This document shows, one piece after another, positions 39,308 to 50,486 of a stretch of DNA of 64,000 nt. Both the position numbers and the translations under genes were made by a program. The notes beneath the pieces were generated by a model. It had not been told where the DNA came from and made no database searches. It was given only the letters and a program-made list of their open reading frames with translations. The first letter of the stretch is position 1; every line of letters starts with the position of its first letter. Source of the DNA: an uncultured bacterium (GTDB lineage: Bacteria; Zixibacteria; MSB-5A5; CAIYYT01); the NCBI GenBank assembly GCA_963726455.1, contig CAVSCK010000001.1:32001-96000 (forward strand). Reading direction: 5' to 3'.

Positions 39308-40807
39308 ATGTTGCGCAAGTTGGCTTTTGGAATCTTCCTGTTACTGACCGCGCTGTCAATTATTTTCGCGTTTCGTAGTGACAGGGATGTGACCACGAAT
39401 TCGAGTGAGGCCTACAAACATTACCAGGCCGGCGTCGACCTGGCGGAGAAGCTCTACATGCGGCAGGCAGCCGCAGAATACGAGCAGGCGGTGGCGTTAG
39501 ATTCGGGTTTCGCTGTGGCGGAAGCACAGCTAGCCAAGACTTACTATGGACTCGGATTCAAGCAGAAGAGCAAAGAACTCTGGGATCTTGCAATAGCTAA
39601 CAAACCGAAAGTATCTGAGCGGGAGCAGTTGCTGCTCGAAATGTGGAAGTCGGAGGATGGGGAAGGATTTAATCGGGTATTGGCCGACAGTCTGGCGGAG
39701 TTGTATATGGCCAAGTACCCAGACCATCGCGAGGGCTATGTCACTCTCTGCAATTCTGAATTTGGGCGCGAAAACTGGGAGCGTTGCATCGAACTCGACC
39801 AAAAGGCACTCAATATTGACCCCAATTACGCCAACGCTTACAACATGCTCGGATATCTTAACTACTATCTCGGCCGCTATGACGAAGCACTATCGCTGCT
39901 GGAAAAATACATTCAGTTATGTCCTAATCAGGCCAATCCACATGACTCGCGCGGGGAGATTCTGCTGGCGCTCGGCAAGTATGACGATGCACTCGCCGAA
40001 TTTCGCGAGGCCTTCAATATTAATCCAGATCTCGATTTCCCGGTATTGCATATGGCCGGGACCTACGCTGCACTTGGACAGATCAAACAAGTTGATTATT
40101 GCTTTCACATTCTCGCAGGTCAGGCATCCAGCGAAGTTCTCAAGAACAGCTACCTGGCACAACAGGCAAGACTTTACGCCGAATGCAAGAAATATGACGA
40201 CGCGATCCGGCTTTCCGATGAGGTAATTCGCCAGGACACCGACCCGGACAAGACCAATGCGCAATTCGGTGCGGCAGTCAAGGGATACATCGCTTACGTG
40301 CGCAGAGACCCGGAGGCGCTGAACAACGCCTGGTCCGAACGTCGCCGGTTTCTCAAGGAACTGATGGATAGAAGACCCGGCCTGGTACAGAAATCTTCCG
40401 AGGCACGCGCCAACGCTTATATGGATGCCACTTCAGCCGATCTCGCGGGAGACCTCTCGACTGCTTCGCGGTTGTTTGCTGAATGTGTCGACTCCACGAA
40501 GAGCCCCACTGACCTGATTGGAATGAGAACTCTGTACGCCGACGTTCTTTGGCGTATGGGGAGCGTCGACCAGGCCAGATCCGAGTTGCAGAAAAATCTG
40601 TCCATCAATCCCAACCATCCGCGAACGCTCATAATACTGGCGAAAATAGATGACTCGCTCGGGAATAAGGATGCCGCTTTGGCGCTCCGCCAGCAAGTCC
40701 TCGGCGTTTGGAAAAACGCCGATTCCGATTTCCCGCCGCTGGTCGAACTACAGAGATCAGTGACTTCGCCTCTGGCGTCATCGTCCAAGAGCGTCGCGGT
40801 CAAGTAA
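39308..40807 (+). CDS. Membrane-anchored tetratricopeptide repeat protein
   Basis: N-terminal TM; TTNSSEAYKHY; multiple TPRs (ALNIDPNYANAYNMLG, NPHDSRGEI). Confidence 0.85.
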   Translation: MLRKLAFGIFLLLTALSIIFAFRSDRDVTTNSSEAYKHYQAGVDLAEKLYMRQAAAEYEQAVALDSGFAVAEAQLAKTYYGLGFKQKSKELWDLAIANKPKVSEREQLLLEMWKSEDGEGFNRVLADSLAELYMAKYPDHREGYVTLCNSEFGRENWERCIELDQKALNIDPNYANAYNMLGYLNYYLGRYDEALSLLEKYIQLCPNQANPHDSRGEILLALGKYDDALAEFREAFNINPDLDFPVLHMAGTYAALGQIKQVDYCFHILAGQASSEVLKNSYLAQQARLYAECKKYDDAIRLSDEVIRQDTDPDKTNAQFGAAVKGYIAYVRRDPEALNNAWSERRRFLKELMDRRPGLVQKSSEARANAYMDATSADLAGDLSTASRLFAECVDSTKSPTDLIGMRTLYADVLWRMGSVDQARSELQKNLSINPNHPRTLIILAKIDDSLGNKDAALALRQQVLGVWKNADSDFPPLVELQRSVTSPLASSSKSVAVK

Positions 40808-41128
40808 CCATCCGCTGGACTTCCTGATCCTGGAAAAAGTCGAAATCAAGACACATTCCGGCCTGGCAGAAACAAAGCTGTCGCCGGCGACGATTTCCAC
40901 AATGTTGACTAATTGTGGATAGACCAAGTCTGTCTTCATTACTCAGCGTGGCGCGGGTAATTGCGAGGGAATAGGGCGGTTCACCGAAATCCGTCTCTGA
41001 GCGGGGATTTCAAGACAGTCGCTGTCGCATTTTTCAACGTAACTTGTTGTGATGTATTCTGTTATTGGAGCAGATAAATGCTCCCAAATCGACCCCGAGA
41101 GGCGTATCTAGTTGGGAGCCGGAGAATC

Positions 41129-41157
41129 TTGACAAGTTGACTAAGGATTGTTATTCT
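41129..41157 (+). promoter_or_regulatory. sigma70 promoter of rrf2-iscS-mnmA (GTTGACTA in the spacer resembles an IscR half-site)
   Basis: TTGACA-N17-TATTCT. Confidence 0.6.
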
Positions 41158-41187
41158 TATCGCAGAAGGACTATGGAGGAGTAGCTT

Positions 41188-41643
41188 TTGTCGTTATCGA
41201 CTCGCGGCAGATACGGTGTCCGGGCCATGCTAGCTATGGCCAGGGCAAAACGGCCATTATCGACGGTGCAGATTTCGCGGATGGAAGACATCTCGCTGCC
41301 GTATCTCGAACAGATTTTCAGCCGGTTACGGCGCGGCGGATTGGTGCAAGCCAAACGGGGCGCGCAGGGTGGCTACGCTCTTGCCCGTCCGGCGGAAGAA
41401 ATCAGCGTCGGCCAGATCGTCAGTGTGCTTGACGGGCCGATCACCTTCAGCCATTGCCACCGCCCGGGGCATGAAGAAGACTGTGTCCGCAGGGAGATTT
41501 GCGCGTCACGCAAATTCTGGGCGGACCTGGAGAACACGATCAATACCAAGCTGTTTAATACAACGCTCGAGGATTTGCGTAACGTCGAGACCGGGCTTCT
41601 CGAAAAGAAACGAGGCATTAGCAGTGCGACGAATATACTTTGA
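41188..41643 (+). CDS. Rrf2-family (IscR-like) transcriptional regulator
   Basis: STRGRYG, YLEQIF..L, RGAQGGY, three Cys. Confidence 0.9.
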   Translation: MSLSTRGRYGVRAMLAMARAKRPLSTVQISRMEDISLPYLEQIFSRLRRGGLVQAKRGAQGGYALARPAEEISVGQIVSVLDGPITFSHCHRPGHEEDCVRREICASRKFWADLENTINTKLFNTTLEDLRNVETGLLEKKRGISSATNIL

Positions 41644-42790
41644 TCATAACAGTACCACTCCGTTAGATCCCCGGGCTCTCGAGGCGATGACGCCGTACCT
41701 GTTGGAGTTTTACGGCAATGCCTCTTCGGTTCACTCCGTCGGACAGTCGGCGCGCGCGGGACTGGAACAATCGCGCGAGAAGATCGCCAGTTTGCTCAGT
41801 TGCCGTCCCGATGAAATATATTTTACCTCGGGCGCTACCGAGTCGGACAATACCGTGATCAAGGGCGTGGCTGATGCTCTCGTTCAGAAGGGCAAGCATA
41901 TCATCACGTCGCGTATCGAGCATCATGCAATCCTGGAGCCCTGTGAGTATCTCATGCGGCACGGATACGAGATAACCTATCTCGGCGTTGACCGCATGGG
42001 TTATGTCGATCCGAACGAACTGGCGGCGGCAATTCGCACCGATACGATTTTGGTCTCGATCATGCAGGCCAATAACGAAGTCGGCACGATTCAGGATATC
42101 AGAAAACTCTGCCAGATCGCGCATGCCAAAGGTGTGCTATTCCACACCGACGCCGTACAGGCGATCGGCAAGATCAAGGTTGATATCAAGAATCTCGAAG
42201 TTGATTTCCTCTCCGGCTCGGCGCACAAGTTCTATGGTCCGAAAGGTGTAGGCATTTTGTTTGCCAAGACCGGCGCACGGTTTACTCCATTCGCCCACGG
42301 TGGCGCCCATGAGCGCAATAAGCGCGCCGGCACTGAGAATGTCGCCGGAGTGGTTGGTATGGCGCGGGCGCTGGAACTGGCGACGACCGAACTCGACAAG
42401 AACACCAAACACTTGCAGGAGCTTGCGAAACGACTCTTCGACGGCATCCTCGCAACCGTGCCCGATTCTCATTTCAATGGCGACGCAGATCATCGAATCG
42501 TGAACACGTTGTTCTTTACTTTCCCCGGCGCCGAAGGCGAGGCGACAATCCTGTCACTCGATATGAAGGGGATTGCCGTTTCCTCCGGTTCGGCTTGCAC
42601 GTCCGGCGCGGTGGAGCCGTCCCATGTCCTATTGGCGATGGGGGTTCCGTCGGAAGAGGCGCAGACTGCGGTTCGTTTTTCACTGGGCAAGGGCAATACA
42701 GCCGAGGAAATCGACTACACCCTCGAAGTCCTGCCGCCCGTGATCGAGCGCCTGCGCATGATGTCGCCGATCTACGCGCAATCCAAATAG
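41624..42790 (+). CDS. iscS: Cysteine desulfurase (IscS/NifS group I)
   Basis: YFDHNSTTP, SAHKFYGPKG, SSGSACTS; GTG start at 41624. Confidence 0.93.
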   Translation: MRRIYFDHNSTTPLDPRALEAMTPYLLEFYGNASSVHSVGQSARAGLEQSREKIASLLSCRPDEIYFTSGATESDNTVIKGVADALVQKGKHIITSRIEHHAILEPCEYLMRHGYEITYLGVDRMGYVDPNELAAAIRTDTILVSIMQANNEVGTIQDIRKLCQIAHAKGVLFHTDAVQAIGKIKVDIKNLEVDFLSGSAHKFYGPKGVGILFAKTGARFTPFAHGGAHERNKRAGTENVAGVVGMARALELATTELDKNTKHLQELAKRLFDGILATVPDSHFNGDADHRIVNTLFFTFPGAEGEATILSLDMKGIAVSSGSACTSGAVEPSHVLLAMGVPSEEAQTAVRFSLGKGNTAEEIDYTLEVLPPVIERLRMMSPIYAQSK

Positions 42791-42800
42791 CACTCTGGGC

Positions 42801-43901
42801 ATGAAGAAACTAGTTGCTGTCGCGATGTCAGGCGGAATCGACAGTTCCGTCACTGCCGTCAAGCTCAAGCTGGAGGGCTACGATGTCATCGGCCTGACGA
42901 TGAAGCTCTGGGACTTTGACGAAATCGGCGGCGCAGACAAGCATGTCAGCCGGCATTGTTGCTCGCTGGAGATGTTCGAAGATGCCCGCAGTGTTTGCTT
43001 CAAGTACGGCATCCCGCATTATGTACTGAACATGCACAAGGATTTCAACGAGACCGTGATTCAGGATTTCGTGTCCGAGTATGTCAACGGACGAACTCCG
43101 AATCCGTGCGTCGTCTGCAATTACAAAATCAAGTGGGGACTGCTGGAGAACAAGACGAAGCAGCTCGGTTGCGACTACTTAGCCACCGGCCACTACGCGC
43201 GAATCCATCATGACGAAACCAGCGGTCGTTATCAAATCCTCAAAGGTGTTGATGCGACCCGCGACCAGTCATACTTCCTCTGGGGTCTCTCCCAGGAATC
43301 GCTGGCACACACATTGTTTCCGTTGGGGGATCTGCACAAGACCGAAGTGAGACGCCTGGGGCATGAGTACGGCCTCATCAATGCCGATGGCGAGGAGTCG
43401 CGCGAAATCTGCTTTGTGCCGGACGACGATTACGCACGGTTGGTGCAATCCCGGCACCCGGAACTCGCGCAACCGGGAATAATTCGCGACACCGCCGGCA
43501 ATGCGGTGGGAAAGCACGAAGGATACTATCGCTACACGATCGGACAACGGAAACGAATTCAAATTGCGACGACAGAAAAGCGCTATGTCACGCAGATCAT
43601 TCCGGACAAAAATGAAATTGTAGTCGGTTCGGATGACGACCTCCTGACCGATCATTTCCGTGTGTCCGAAGTCAACTGGATAGCCATCGATCTCGCGAAT
43701 AGCGACGACCAGCGCAACCGGACGATACCCGCGTTAGTGAAGATTCGCTATCTGCACAAACCGGTTGCCGGCGAGTTATCCTTGCAGTCCGACAATTCCG
43801 TTGAGGTCCGGCTTTCGCAGAAGCAGCGTGCGATCACTCCGGGGCAAAGTTGCGTCTTCTATGACGGTGATGTAGTCTTGGGTGGCGGGAAAATAGTCTG
43901 A
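42801..43901 (+). CDS. mnmA: tRNA 2-thiouridylase
   Basis: AMSGGIDS, TPNPCV.CN, ATGHY, DQSYFL, TIGQR, TPGQ motifs. Confidence 0.96.
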   Translation: MKKLVAVAMSGGIDSSVTAVKLKLEGYDVIGLTMKLWDFDEIGGADKHVSRHCCSLEMFEDARSVCFKYGIPHYVLNMHKDFNETVIQDFVSEYVNGRTPNPCVVCNYKIKWGLLENKTKQLGCDYLATGHYARIHHDETSGRYQILKGVDATRDQSYFLWGLSQESLAHTLFPLGDLHKTEVRRLGHEYGLINADGEESREICFVPDDDYARLVQSRHPELAQPGIIRDTAGNAVGKHEGYYRYTIGQRKRIQIATTEKRYVTQIIPDKNEIVVGSDDDLLTDHFRVSEVNWIAIDLANSDDQRNRTIPALVKIRYLHKPVAGELSLQSDNSVEVRLSQKQRAITPGQSCVFYDGDVVLGGGKIV

Positions 43902-43913
43902 CCATTCCAAAAA

Positions 43914-43938
43914 GTAGGGGCGCACGGCAGTGCGCCCC
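43914..43938. repeat. GTAG-type REP-like palindrome / bidirectional terminator
   Basis: GTAG-GGGCGCAC-ggca-GTGCGCCC between convergent mnmA and ahcY. Confidence 0.55.
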
Positions 43939-43972
43939 AGATCAGCAATCTATATTGTAATTAGTTACTCGT

Positions 43973-45232
43973 TTACGTCCCCATCTGCCAACTGGCAAGA
44001 TACTTCTTCTGTTCCGCCGTGAGCTTGTCAATGGTCGCGCCCATCGACTTGAGTTTCAACTCGGCTACCTGATAGTCAAGTTTCGCCGGCAACGCGAAAA
44101 CGTCTTTCGACAGCTTCCTGTAATTCTTCACAATGTACTCGCAAGCAAGTGATTGATTGGCAAACGACATATCCATCACCATCGCGGGATGTCCTTCGGC
44201 CGCGGACAGGTTAATCAGCCGCCCTTCGGCGAGAACATTGATCTTGCTGCCTGATTGAAGCGTAAACTCCTCAACCAGGTTGCGTACCATGCGGCGCTTC
44301 TTTGACATCTTGGCCAATCCTTCGAGATCGATCTCGACATTGAAGTGTCCGCTGTTACAAACGATCGCGCCCGACTTCATTTTCAGGAAATGCTCCGGAC
44401 GGAGAACGTTGATATCGCCGGTGAGTGTGACGAAGACATCTCCGAGCGGTGCGGCTTTCGCCATGGGCATCACGCGGAAGCCGTCCATTGCGGCTTCAAT
44501 GGCCTTGATGGCATCAACCTCAGTGACAATCACGTCCGCACCGTGTCCCTTCACCCGCGTCGCCAATCCGCGTCCACACCAGCCGTAACCGGCGACCACG
44601 ACAACCGAGCCGGCTATCAGGAAATTGGTAGAGCGAATGATGCCGTCGATGGTCGACTGTCCGGTACCGTAACGGTTGTCGAACATGTGCTTGGTCTGCG
44701 AATCGTTGACTGCGACAATCGGATACTGCAAAACCTTGTCGTGCGCCATCGCGCGCAGGCGGATGACGCCGGTCGTCGTTTCCTCGGTGCCGCCGATCAC
44801 ATTCGGCAGCAAATCTCGGCGGTCTGAATGCAGCACGTTGACTAAATCGGCTCCATCGTCCATCGTGATATCGGGTTTGATGTCGAGTGCGGCGTTGATA
44901 TGCTGGTAATAGCCCTTGGTGTCGATGCCGCAGATGGCGGAAACATCAATGCCGTAATCCTTCACCAGCGATGCTGCCACATCATCCTGCGTCGACAGCG
45001 GATTGGAAGCGCAAAGGTGCAACTCGGCTCCCGCCGACTTCAGCACGCGCATCAGGTTCGCGGTTTCCGTCGTCACGTGCAGGCAGGCGGCGATCTTGCG
45101 TCCCTTAAGCGGTTGTTCTTTCTTGAGGCGCTCTTCGATCAGCGAGACCACCGGCATGAAATTGCCGGCCCATTCGATGCGCCTTTTGCCCTCGGAAGCG
45201 AGGGCGAGATCCTTAACGTGATACTTGTTCAT
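43973..45232 (-). CDS. ahcY: Adenosylhomocysteinase
   Basis: [37 protein letters not shown] motifs. Confidence 0.97.
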   Translation of the reverse strand: MNKYHVKDLALASEGKRRIEWAGNFMPVVSLIEERLKKEQPLKGRKIAACLHVTTETANLMRVLKSAGAELHLCASNPLSTQDDVAASLVKDYGIDVSAICGIDTKGYYQHINAALDIKPDITMDDGADLVNVLHSDRRDLLPNVIGGTEETTTGVIRLRAMAHDKVLQYPIVAVNDSQTKHMFDNRYGTGQSTIDGIIRSTNFLIAGSVVVVAGYGWCGRGLATRVKGHGADVIVTEVDAIKAIEAAMDGFRVMPMAKAAPLGDVFVTLTGDINVLRPEHFLKMKSGAIVCNSGHFNVEIDLEGLAKMSKKRRMVRNLVEEFTLQSGSKINVLAEGRLINLSAAEGHPAMVMDMSFANQSLACEYIVKNYRKLSKDVFALPAKLDYQVAELKLKSMGATIDKLTAEQKKYLASWQMGT

Positions 45233-45252
45233 TCAGGTATTATCCCCCGTCG

Positions 45253-46416
45253 TTAGGCGTCTTTCTGCAATTCTTTTATTTTGTCAGTGCGTTCCCACGT
45301 GAACTGTTTTTCATGCCGTCCGAAATGTCCATAGGCCGCCGTGCTCCGATAGATCGGGCGACGCAGGTCGAGCATGTCGATGATGCCGCGCGGCGTGAGC
45401 TCGAAGTGTTTGCGGATCAGCTCGATAATGCGATTATCGGACAGCTTCGAGGTCTTGTCGGTGAACACCATGATCGAGACCGGATTGGCGACTCCGATTG
45501 CGTAGGCCAGTTGTATCGTGCACTTGCGGGCGATACCGGCGGCAACGATGTTCTTGGCGATATAGCGCGCCATATACGCGGCCGAGCGGTCAACCTTGGT
45601 CGGATCTTTTCCCGAAAACGCGCCGCCGCCATGCGAGGCCATGCCACCGTAAGTGTCCACGATGATCTTGCGGCCGGTCATGCCGGTATCCGATTGCGGG
45701 CCGCCGATCACGAACTTGCCGGTCGGGTTGACATAGAACTTGGTCTTGCTGTCAATCATCTTCGCGGGGACTACGGGTCGAATGACCTTCTCGATAATCT
45801 CCTGCCGCGCGCGTTCGGTGATCTTCTTGCCGGTGCGATCGAGGATTCTTTCCGAATGTTGCGCGGAAATCACAATCGCTTCGCAGCGTCGCGGCCTGCC
45901 GTCGATGTATTCGATCGAAACCTGCGACTTGCCGTCCGGGCCGAGGTAATCGAGCACGTTCTTCTTGCGCACGTCCGTCAGGCGCCTCACGAGTTTGTGG
46001 GCCAGCATGATCGGTAGCGGCATCAGCTCCGGAGTCTCGTCACAGGCATAGCCGGTCATCAAACCCTGATCTCCCGCTCCCCCGCGGTCGACACCCTGCT
46101 TGATATCGGGCGATTGCGAGCCGATGGCGTTGAGTATCGAACAGGAGTTGAAGTGAAAGCCGTATTCTGGTTTTGTGTAGCCGATGTCGTTGACAATCCT
46201 GCGCACGAGACGGTTGATGTCGCAGAAACCGGTAGTGGTGATTTCGCCGCCGACGACTACCAGGCCGACTGTGACAAATGTCTCGCAGGCGACGCGGCTG
46301 TTCTTGTCTTGTCGCAGCAAGTCGTCGAGGACACCGTCGGAAATCTGGTCGCAGAGTTTGTCGGGATGTCCTTCCGTGACCGACTCGGAAGTAAAGAGAA
46401 ACTTGTTTGTTGCCAT
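45253..46416 (-). CDS. metK: S-adenosylmethionine synthetase
   Basis: [28 protein letters not shown] motifs. Confidence 0.97.
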   Translation of the reverse strand: MATNKFLFTSESVTEGHPDKLCDQISDGVLDDLLRQDKNSRVACETFVTVGLVVVGGEITTTGFCDINRLVRRIVNDIGYTKPEYGFHFNSCSILNAIGSQSPDIKQGVDRGGAGDQGLMTGYACDETPELMPLPIMLAHKLVRRLTDVRKKNVLDYLGPDGKSQVSIEYIDGRPRRCEAIVISAQHSERILDRTGKKITERARQEIIEKVIRPVVPAKMIDSKTKFYVNPTGKFVIGGPQSDTGMTGRKIIVDTYGGMASHGGGAFSGKDPTKVDRSAAYMARYIAKNIVAAGIARKCTIQLAYAIGVANPVSIMVFTDKTSKLSDNRIIELIRKHFELTPRGIIDMLDLRRPIYRSTAAYGHFGRHEKQFTWERTDKIKELQKDA

Positions 46417-46484
46417 ATCTATTTCCTTTTCCAGTGATTTCTATCTATCGCCGAAGCGAATATTCTATTCGGTAACGCTCACTA

Positions 46485-47465
46485 TTACAGTATGTGCAAT
46501 TCGCCGATTTCGCTGTAGTCGCCAAGATTGTAAGAGCCGTTGGCATCGTGCATCATGACATAGTTGCCGATCAGCGAGTTCTCAATCGTACAGGATACCA
46601 CCTGAGTATGGTCGGCGATTATCGAATCGCGGACGATCGAGTTACGGACGACAGTCTCTTTGCCGATCGAGGCATACGGGCCGATCACCGAATTCTCGAT
46701 CACCGCCTCGGACGAGACGAACGATGGCGGAATAATCACCGAACCGTCGCGATACGACGATGCGGCCTTGCGGTCGAGCAGGAAGCGGTTTGTCGACAGC
46801 ATGGTTTCCTTGCGTCCACAATCATACCAGCCGGTTGTCGGGAAAGTGTGAATGGCCGACCCCTTCTTGATCAAGAGATCAAATGCATCGGTGACCTGAA
46901 TCTCGCCGTGCGTGGTGATCCCCTTCTCGATGACTTCGGTAATGCACTCGAAAAACTTGGCCGTTTCACGGATATAGTAAACGCCGACCACCGCCAGATT
47001 TGTCGGCGGGTCCTGCGGTTTTTCCACCAGATGCACGATGTGGTCGTTCTCGATTTCCACCACGCCAAACGCGCGCGGATCGCCGACTTCCTTGACGACA
47101 ATCGTATTGCGGTTGGCCCCGATCATGCTGCTCCAGTCCAACTCAACAATGGTGTCGCCCAGCACGACCAGCAATTCCTCGGAGCGGTTGACAATGCCGA
47201 GATAGACGGCGTAGCCAAGCCCGTAGAGGCGCTGCTGTTCGATAAAACGCGCGGTGAAGTTGTAATTACTGCGAATGAATTTTTCGATCTTCTGGCCGTT
47301 GGGTCCGGTGATGAAAATGACCTCGCTGAAATCGAGCGCGAGAATCTGGTCGACGATATGTCCCAGAATCGGCTTGCCGGCTACCTGCAGCAAGCACTTG
47401 GGAGTACTGTACGTGTGTGGGAGAAGACGTCTCCCCTCGCCGGCAACCGGAATTACAATTTTCAT
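46485..47465 (-). CDS. Sugar-phosphate nucleotidyltransferase (long RmlA-like form)
   Basis: IPVAGEGRRLLPHT..PK, EKP, WYDCG; C-terminal left-handed beta-helix. Confidence 0.9.
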   Translation of the reverse strand: MKIVIPVAGEGRRLLPHTYSTPKCLLQVAGKPILGHIVDQILALDFSEVIFITGPNGQKIEKFIRSNYNFTARFIEQQRLYGLGYAVYLGIVNRSEELLVVLGDTIVELDWSSMIGANRNTIVVKEVGDPRAFGVVEIENDHIVHLVEKPQDPPTNLAVVGVYYIRETAKFFECITEVIEKGITTHGEIQVTDAFDLLIKKGSAIHTFPTTGWYDCGRKETMLSTNRFLLDRKAASSYRDGSVIIPPSFVSSEAVIENSVIGPYASIGKETVVRNSIVRDSIIADHTQVVSCTIENSLIGNYVMMHDANGSYNLGDYSEIGELHIL

Positions 47466-47472
47466 TCAGACC

Positions 47473-48123
47473 TCAACCCAGTTTAATCAGCTTCAGCCAG
47501 TCAATAAAGATAAACTGCACTTGCCCGATCAACAAACTAATTCGCCCCATCACGGTGTAGCCGAAATGGGCGCCAAACGCGATCATTATAAACCAAATGC
47601 CGACCCGAGCGCTGCCGCCCAAAACGCCGGTGTGTTCTTTCGAAAAATAGAAATAGATCAGTGTCGTCAGCACTCCGAAGAAGATTATGATGCTGAGCGG
47701 ACTCAGCAGGTTCACGAATGTTCCCGCAATCTGCGGGATCAATCGTCCGTGCAACTCCGACATCAGATAGATACCCGCGGTGTTACCCATGACAAACGCC
47801 AACGGATAACGTGATATCCAGGACGCCTTCGGGAAGAAGCGCGTAAACATGAGAACGCCCAGACCTCCGGCGAACAACAGGAAGGCAATCTTCATGAGAT
47901 GGAATCCCGGCTGGTCGCCTGCGGAAACCGACGTCCAGTGCTGGCTGATCGGATCAATCAACTGCTGCAGTATCACCGAGCGATAAATCAACCCAACATA
48001 ATATCCGGCGGATAGTCCCGCAAAGATATGTTCAGCCAGGCGATAGAAGGGGTTGTCGCGGTACAAGAATGAAAACAGCGACAGCGTTAAGAAACCGGCT
48101 AACCAGAGTCCAAGAGTGTCCAT
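47473..48123 (-). CDS. Polytopic membrane protein of unknown function
   Basis: About six TM helices; FSFLYRDNPFYRLAEH; FGYTVMGR. Confidence 0.8.
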   Translation of the reverse strand: MDTLGLWLAGFLTLSLFSFLYRDNPFYRLAEHIFAGLSAGYYVGLIYRSVILQQLIDPISQHWTSVSAGDQPGFHLMKIAFLLFAGGLGVLMFTRFFPKASWISRYPLAFVMGNTAGIYLMSELHGRLIPQIAGTFVNLLSPLSIIIFFGVLTTLIYFYFSKEHTGVLGGSARVGIWFIMIAFGAHFGYTVMGRISLLIGQVQFIFIDWLKLIKLG

Positions 48124-48956
48124 CAGGTACTCTTTCCCTTCTGACCACGAATCATGAAGTAAGATATGTTGCCGATGATCACGAAAAAGATGATCAGCAA
48201 ATGCACAAGTGATTGCGAGTCCATGCCGATCGTTGCCATGGCCGGTTTGTTAACGAGCTTTTCATATTCAGCCGCTCCCTTCATGCCACCCAAAAGTCCG
48301 GTCATCTGTTTGGCCTGAACGTAACTGTAAAACTTCGGCGCCATTACCGCGGTTACACCGGCGCCCATCGGCACGCCGAATTGCGCGTTGACGATCGAAA
48401 TCCAGTTATCGACGATGCCGTTATCCGCGACAATGAAGATGAAACTGATATCCTTGTAACTTTTGACCCGCTGCATCAACGGCAATTGCGCCAGCGGCGT
48501 GCCGTACTGATCCGCCGGGTAGATTGACTCAATCGAGGATCCCATTCCCAGCAACACGGCGGTATAGTTTGCCTTGTAGCCGAGATTGACATAGTCGATG
48601 CCATAGGTCTTGTTATATAACTTGGCCATCTCCTTCATCGTGCGATCCGCCATCGACGGACCGCCCAGAGGGATCGTCGTCATGGTGACAACTTTGAGAT
48701 TCTTGCGGAACAGTTGATGCAGTGCCGCCACCGACATCGGCCTGGTTTCCGCCACCGTCGACGGATAATAGTCGAACGTTAGCATTACTACCGAGCTGTC
48801 GGGAAGCGCTTCGACGGCATCGTACAGTTGCCTCGCTTCCGGCGTAATTGCAACCGGCAGCCGCATCGGCAAGAGCAGGGGGAAAATCACTGCCAGCGCC
48901 ACAGCCAGGTAGATCCAGCGGCGATCAAGTAGCGAAATGCGTTCCCAGAAACTCAC
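48123..48956 (-). CDS. Membrane-anchored protein of unknown function (similar architecture to 49614..50486)
   Basis: TM, alpha/beta domain, C-terminal TM; YVNLGY, GLLGGMKGAAEYE; GTG start at 48956. Confidence 0.8.
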   Translation of the reverse strand: MSFWERISLLDRRWIYLAVALAVIFPLLLPMRLPVAITPEARQLYDAVEALPDSSVVMLTFDYYPSTVAETRPMSVAALHQLFRKNLKVVTMTTIPLGGPSMADRTMKEMAKLYNKTYGIDYVNLGYKANYTAVLLGMGSSIESIYPADQYGTPLAQLPLMQRVKSYKDISFIFIVADNGIVDNWISIVNAQFGVPMGAGVTAVMAPKFYSYVQAKQMTGLLGGMKGAAEYEKLVNKPAMATIGMDSQSLVHLLIIFFVIIGNISYFMIRGQKGKST

Positions 48957-48957
48957 G

Positions 48958-49617
48958 TCAGGTTTTCCCCATATAAGTGCGCTCAATTCCAAGCATGATG
49001 CGCAGTGATGTCGCGGCCGCTCCCAGCGCGGCGCCGATTATGATTCCGCGCTGCACCGCAACATTGACTCCGCCCATGATGTAGGTATTGATCCATTGCG
49101 GCAGATTGGCGTTGATCGCTAGGTATACTTTTTCACCCATCGGCACACGCCAGAGCATCACGACAGTCGCCGTAATTAACAGCAACGTGGCTTCCGCGTT
49201 GCGCGCCCTGAATGCGCGAAACGCAGCCGAGGCGACATAGAAAGCGAGCATGGCAAACATGGTCGCCATCATCGGCGCATTCAGATTATTGAAACACCAA
49301 TCATATATCGATCCCGAATCCGTGCCGAACAGCGGCGACGAACCCACCGGCAGCATTGCCGGTATCGCCGTCACGGCCACCGCCAGCAGCAGCGCCGCCC
49401 GGTTGAACCAACCTTTTTCACGTCGCAATACCGGCCGCCAATTGACCCGCACCATCGACACCACCCCCAGCAACAGCGTGAATCCGGCGATGACAGTGGT
49501 CCACTGCAGCAACTCGCCTTCTACGTCTCCGGTCTTCTCCGGGTTGAGCAGGAACACGGCGACCATGGCCAGGCCGGACAGAAACGCAATGGCAATCGGC
49601 AGCTTGGTCTTCATCAA
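48958..49617 (-). CDS. Polytopic membrane protein of unknown function
   Basis: About six TM helices; FYVASAAFRAFR; RIMLGIER. Confidence 0.8.
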   Translation of the reverse strand: MMKTKLPIAIAFLSGLAMVAVFLLNPEKTGDVEGELLQWTTVIAGFTLLLGVVSMVRVNWRPVLRREKGWFNRAALLLAVAVTAIPAMLPVGSSPLFGTDSGSIYDWCFNNLNAPMMATMFAMLAFYVASAAFRAFRARNAEATLLLITATVVMLWRVPMGEKVYLAINANLPQWINTYIMGGVNVAVQRGIIIGAALGAAATSLRIMLGIERTYMGKT

Positions 49618-50486
49618 CGAACCTCGAACAGTGATCTAATCCAGTCGCCGCCGCTATGCAGCGTAACCATAATCGTTGCGACAACGATCAGCACTACGAT
49701 CAGAACCTTCATAAAATCCTGCCCCTTCAATCCGCCCAGCATCAGTGGCTCATGCGACAAATATGCTGACGCCGCGAATAATTCCTCGCCCATCAGCGTG
49801 TAGTCGCAGGCGGCGATAAAAAACGGCAGTTGTTCCGGCTGTGCAGTTCCGGCGATCTGAATCGACCCCGCCGCATTGCCGGTTTCCGCAAGTAGCAGCG
49901 ACTCAGCGTAAAACGCGCCCATCATGATATTAGCCGCCGGGCGCTCGCGCATCATGTAGCCGTTGACCGCCGCGGTGAACGCAAACTGCTCGCCCGCGAC
50001 ATAGCTGATCATATCCTGATTGTAGGAATCCGCCCGGCCTTCAGTGATATACGACTGCTGTACTACTTCCTGTGCAGCCGCCAGCACCATCGGATAGCGC
50101 ACCGGCACATACAGCGGCGTCTCGTAGCGCGCCGTGATCAAGGCGACTCTGCCAAGAATAGAGAGACCGGCGAGGGTGTCGATCGTATCAATCTCGTTGA
50201 TCCCCGGAATGAAGAGCACCGGCTTGCCCATTTCTGTAGCGCGTCCGACAGCATCCTCGACTTCATCAAGCCCGGCGATCTTGCGGATGAATAGCTTTTC
50301 ACCCCGTCGCGCGCGGCGGGTGTAATACAGGACCGCGATAGAAAACACGGCGGCAACGACCAGCGCATTCAGGCGATAGGTGCGGAACCAACCGGTGTCG
50401 GCAGGAGCGCCGTTAGTAGCGAATATCTGCGGAACAATCAGGAGTAAAATGAGTGCTGCAAGTCCGAGCAGTCGGGCCAATTTCAA
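49614..50486 (-). CDS. DUF6754-like membrane protein
   Basis: IRKIAGL..AVGRATEMGKP, DYTLMGEELFAASAYL motifs (family recalled, not searched). Confidence 0.75.
   Translation of the reverse strand: MKLARLLGLAALILLLIVPQIFATNGAPADTGWFRTYRLNALVVAAVFSIAVLYYTRRARRGEKLFIRKIAGLDEVEDAVGRATEMGKPVLFIPGINEIDTIDTLAGLSILGRVALITARYETPLYVPVRYPMVLAAAQEVVQQSYITEGRADSYNQDMISYVAGEQFAFTAAVNGYMMRERPAANIMMGAFYAESLLLAETGNAAGSIQIAGTAQPEQLPFFIAACDYTLMGEELFAASAYLSHEPLMLGGLKGQDFMKVLIVVLIVVATIMVTLHSGGDWIRSLFEVR

Noticed and set aside
46417-46484. SAM riboswitch upstream of metK
   Set aside because: Only about 68 nt of intergenic space and no SAM-I or SAM-II core motifs.
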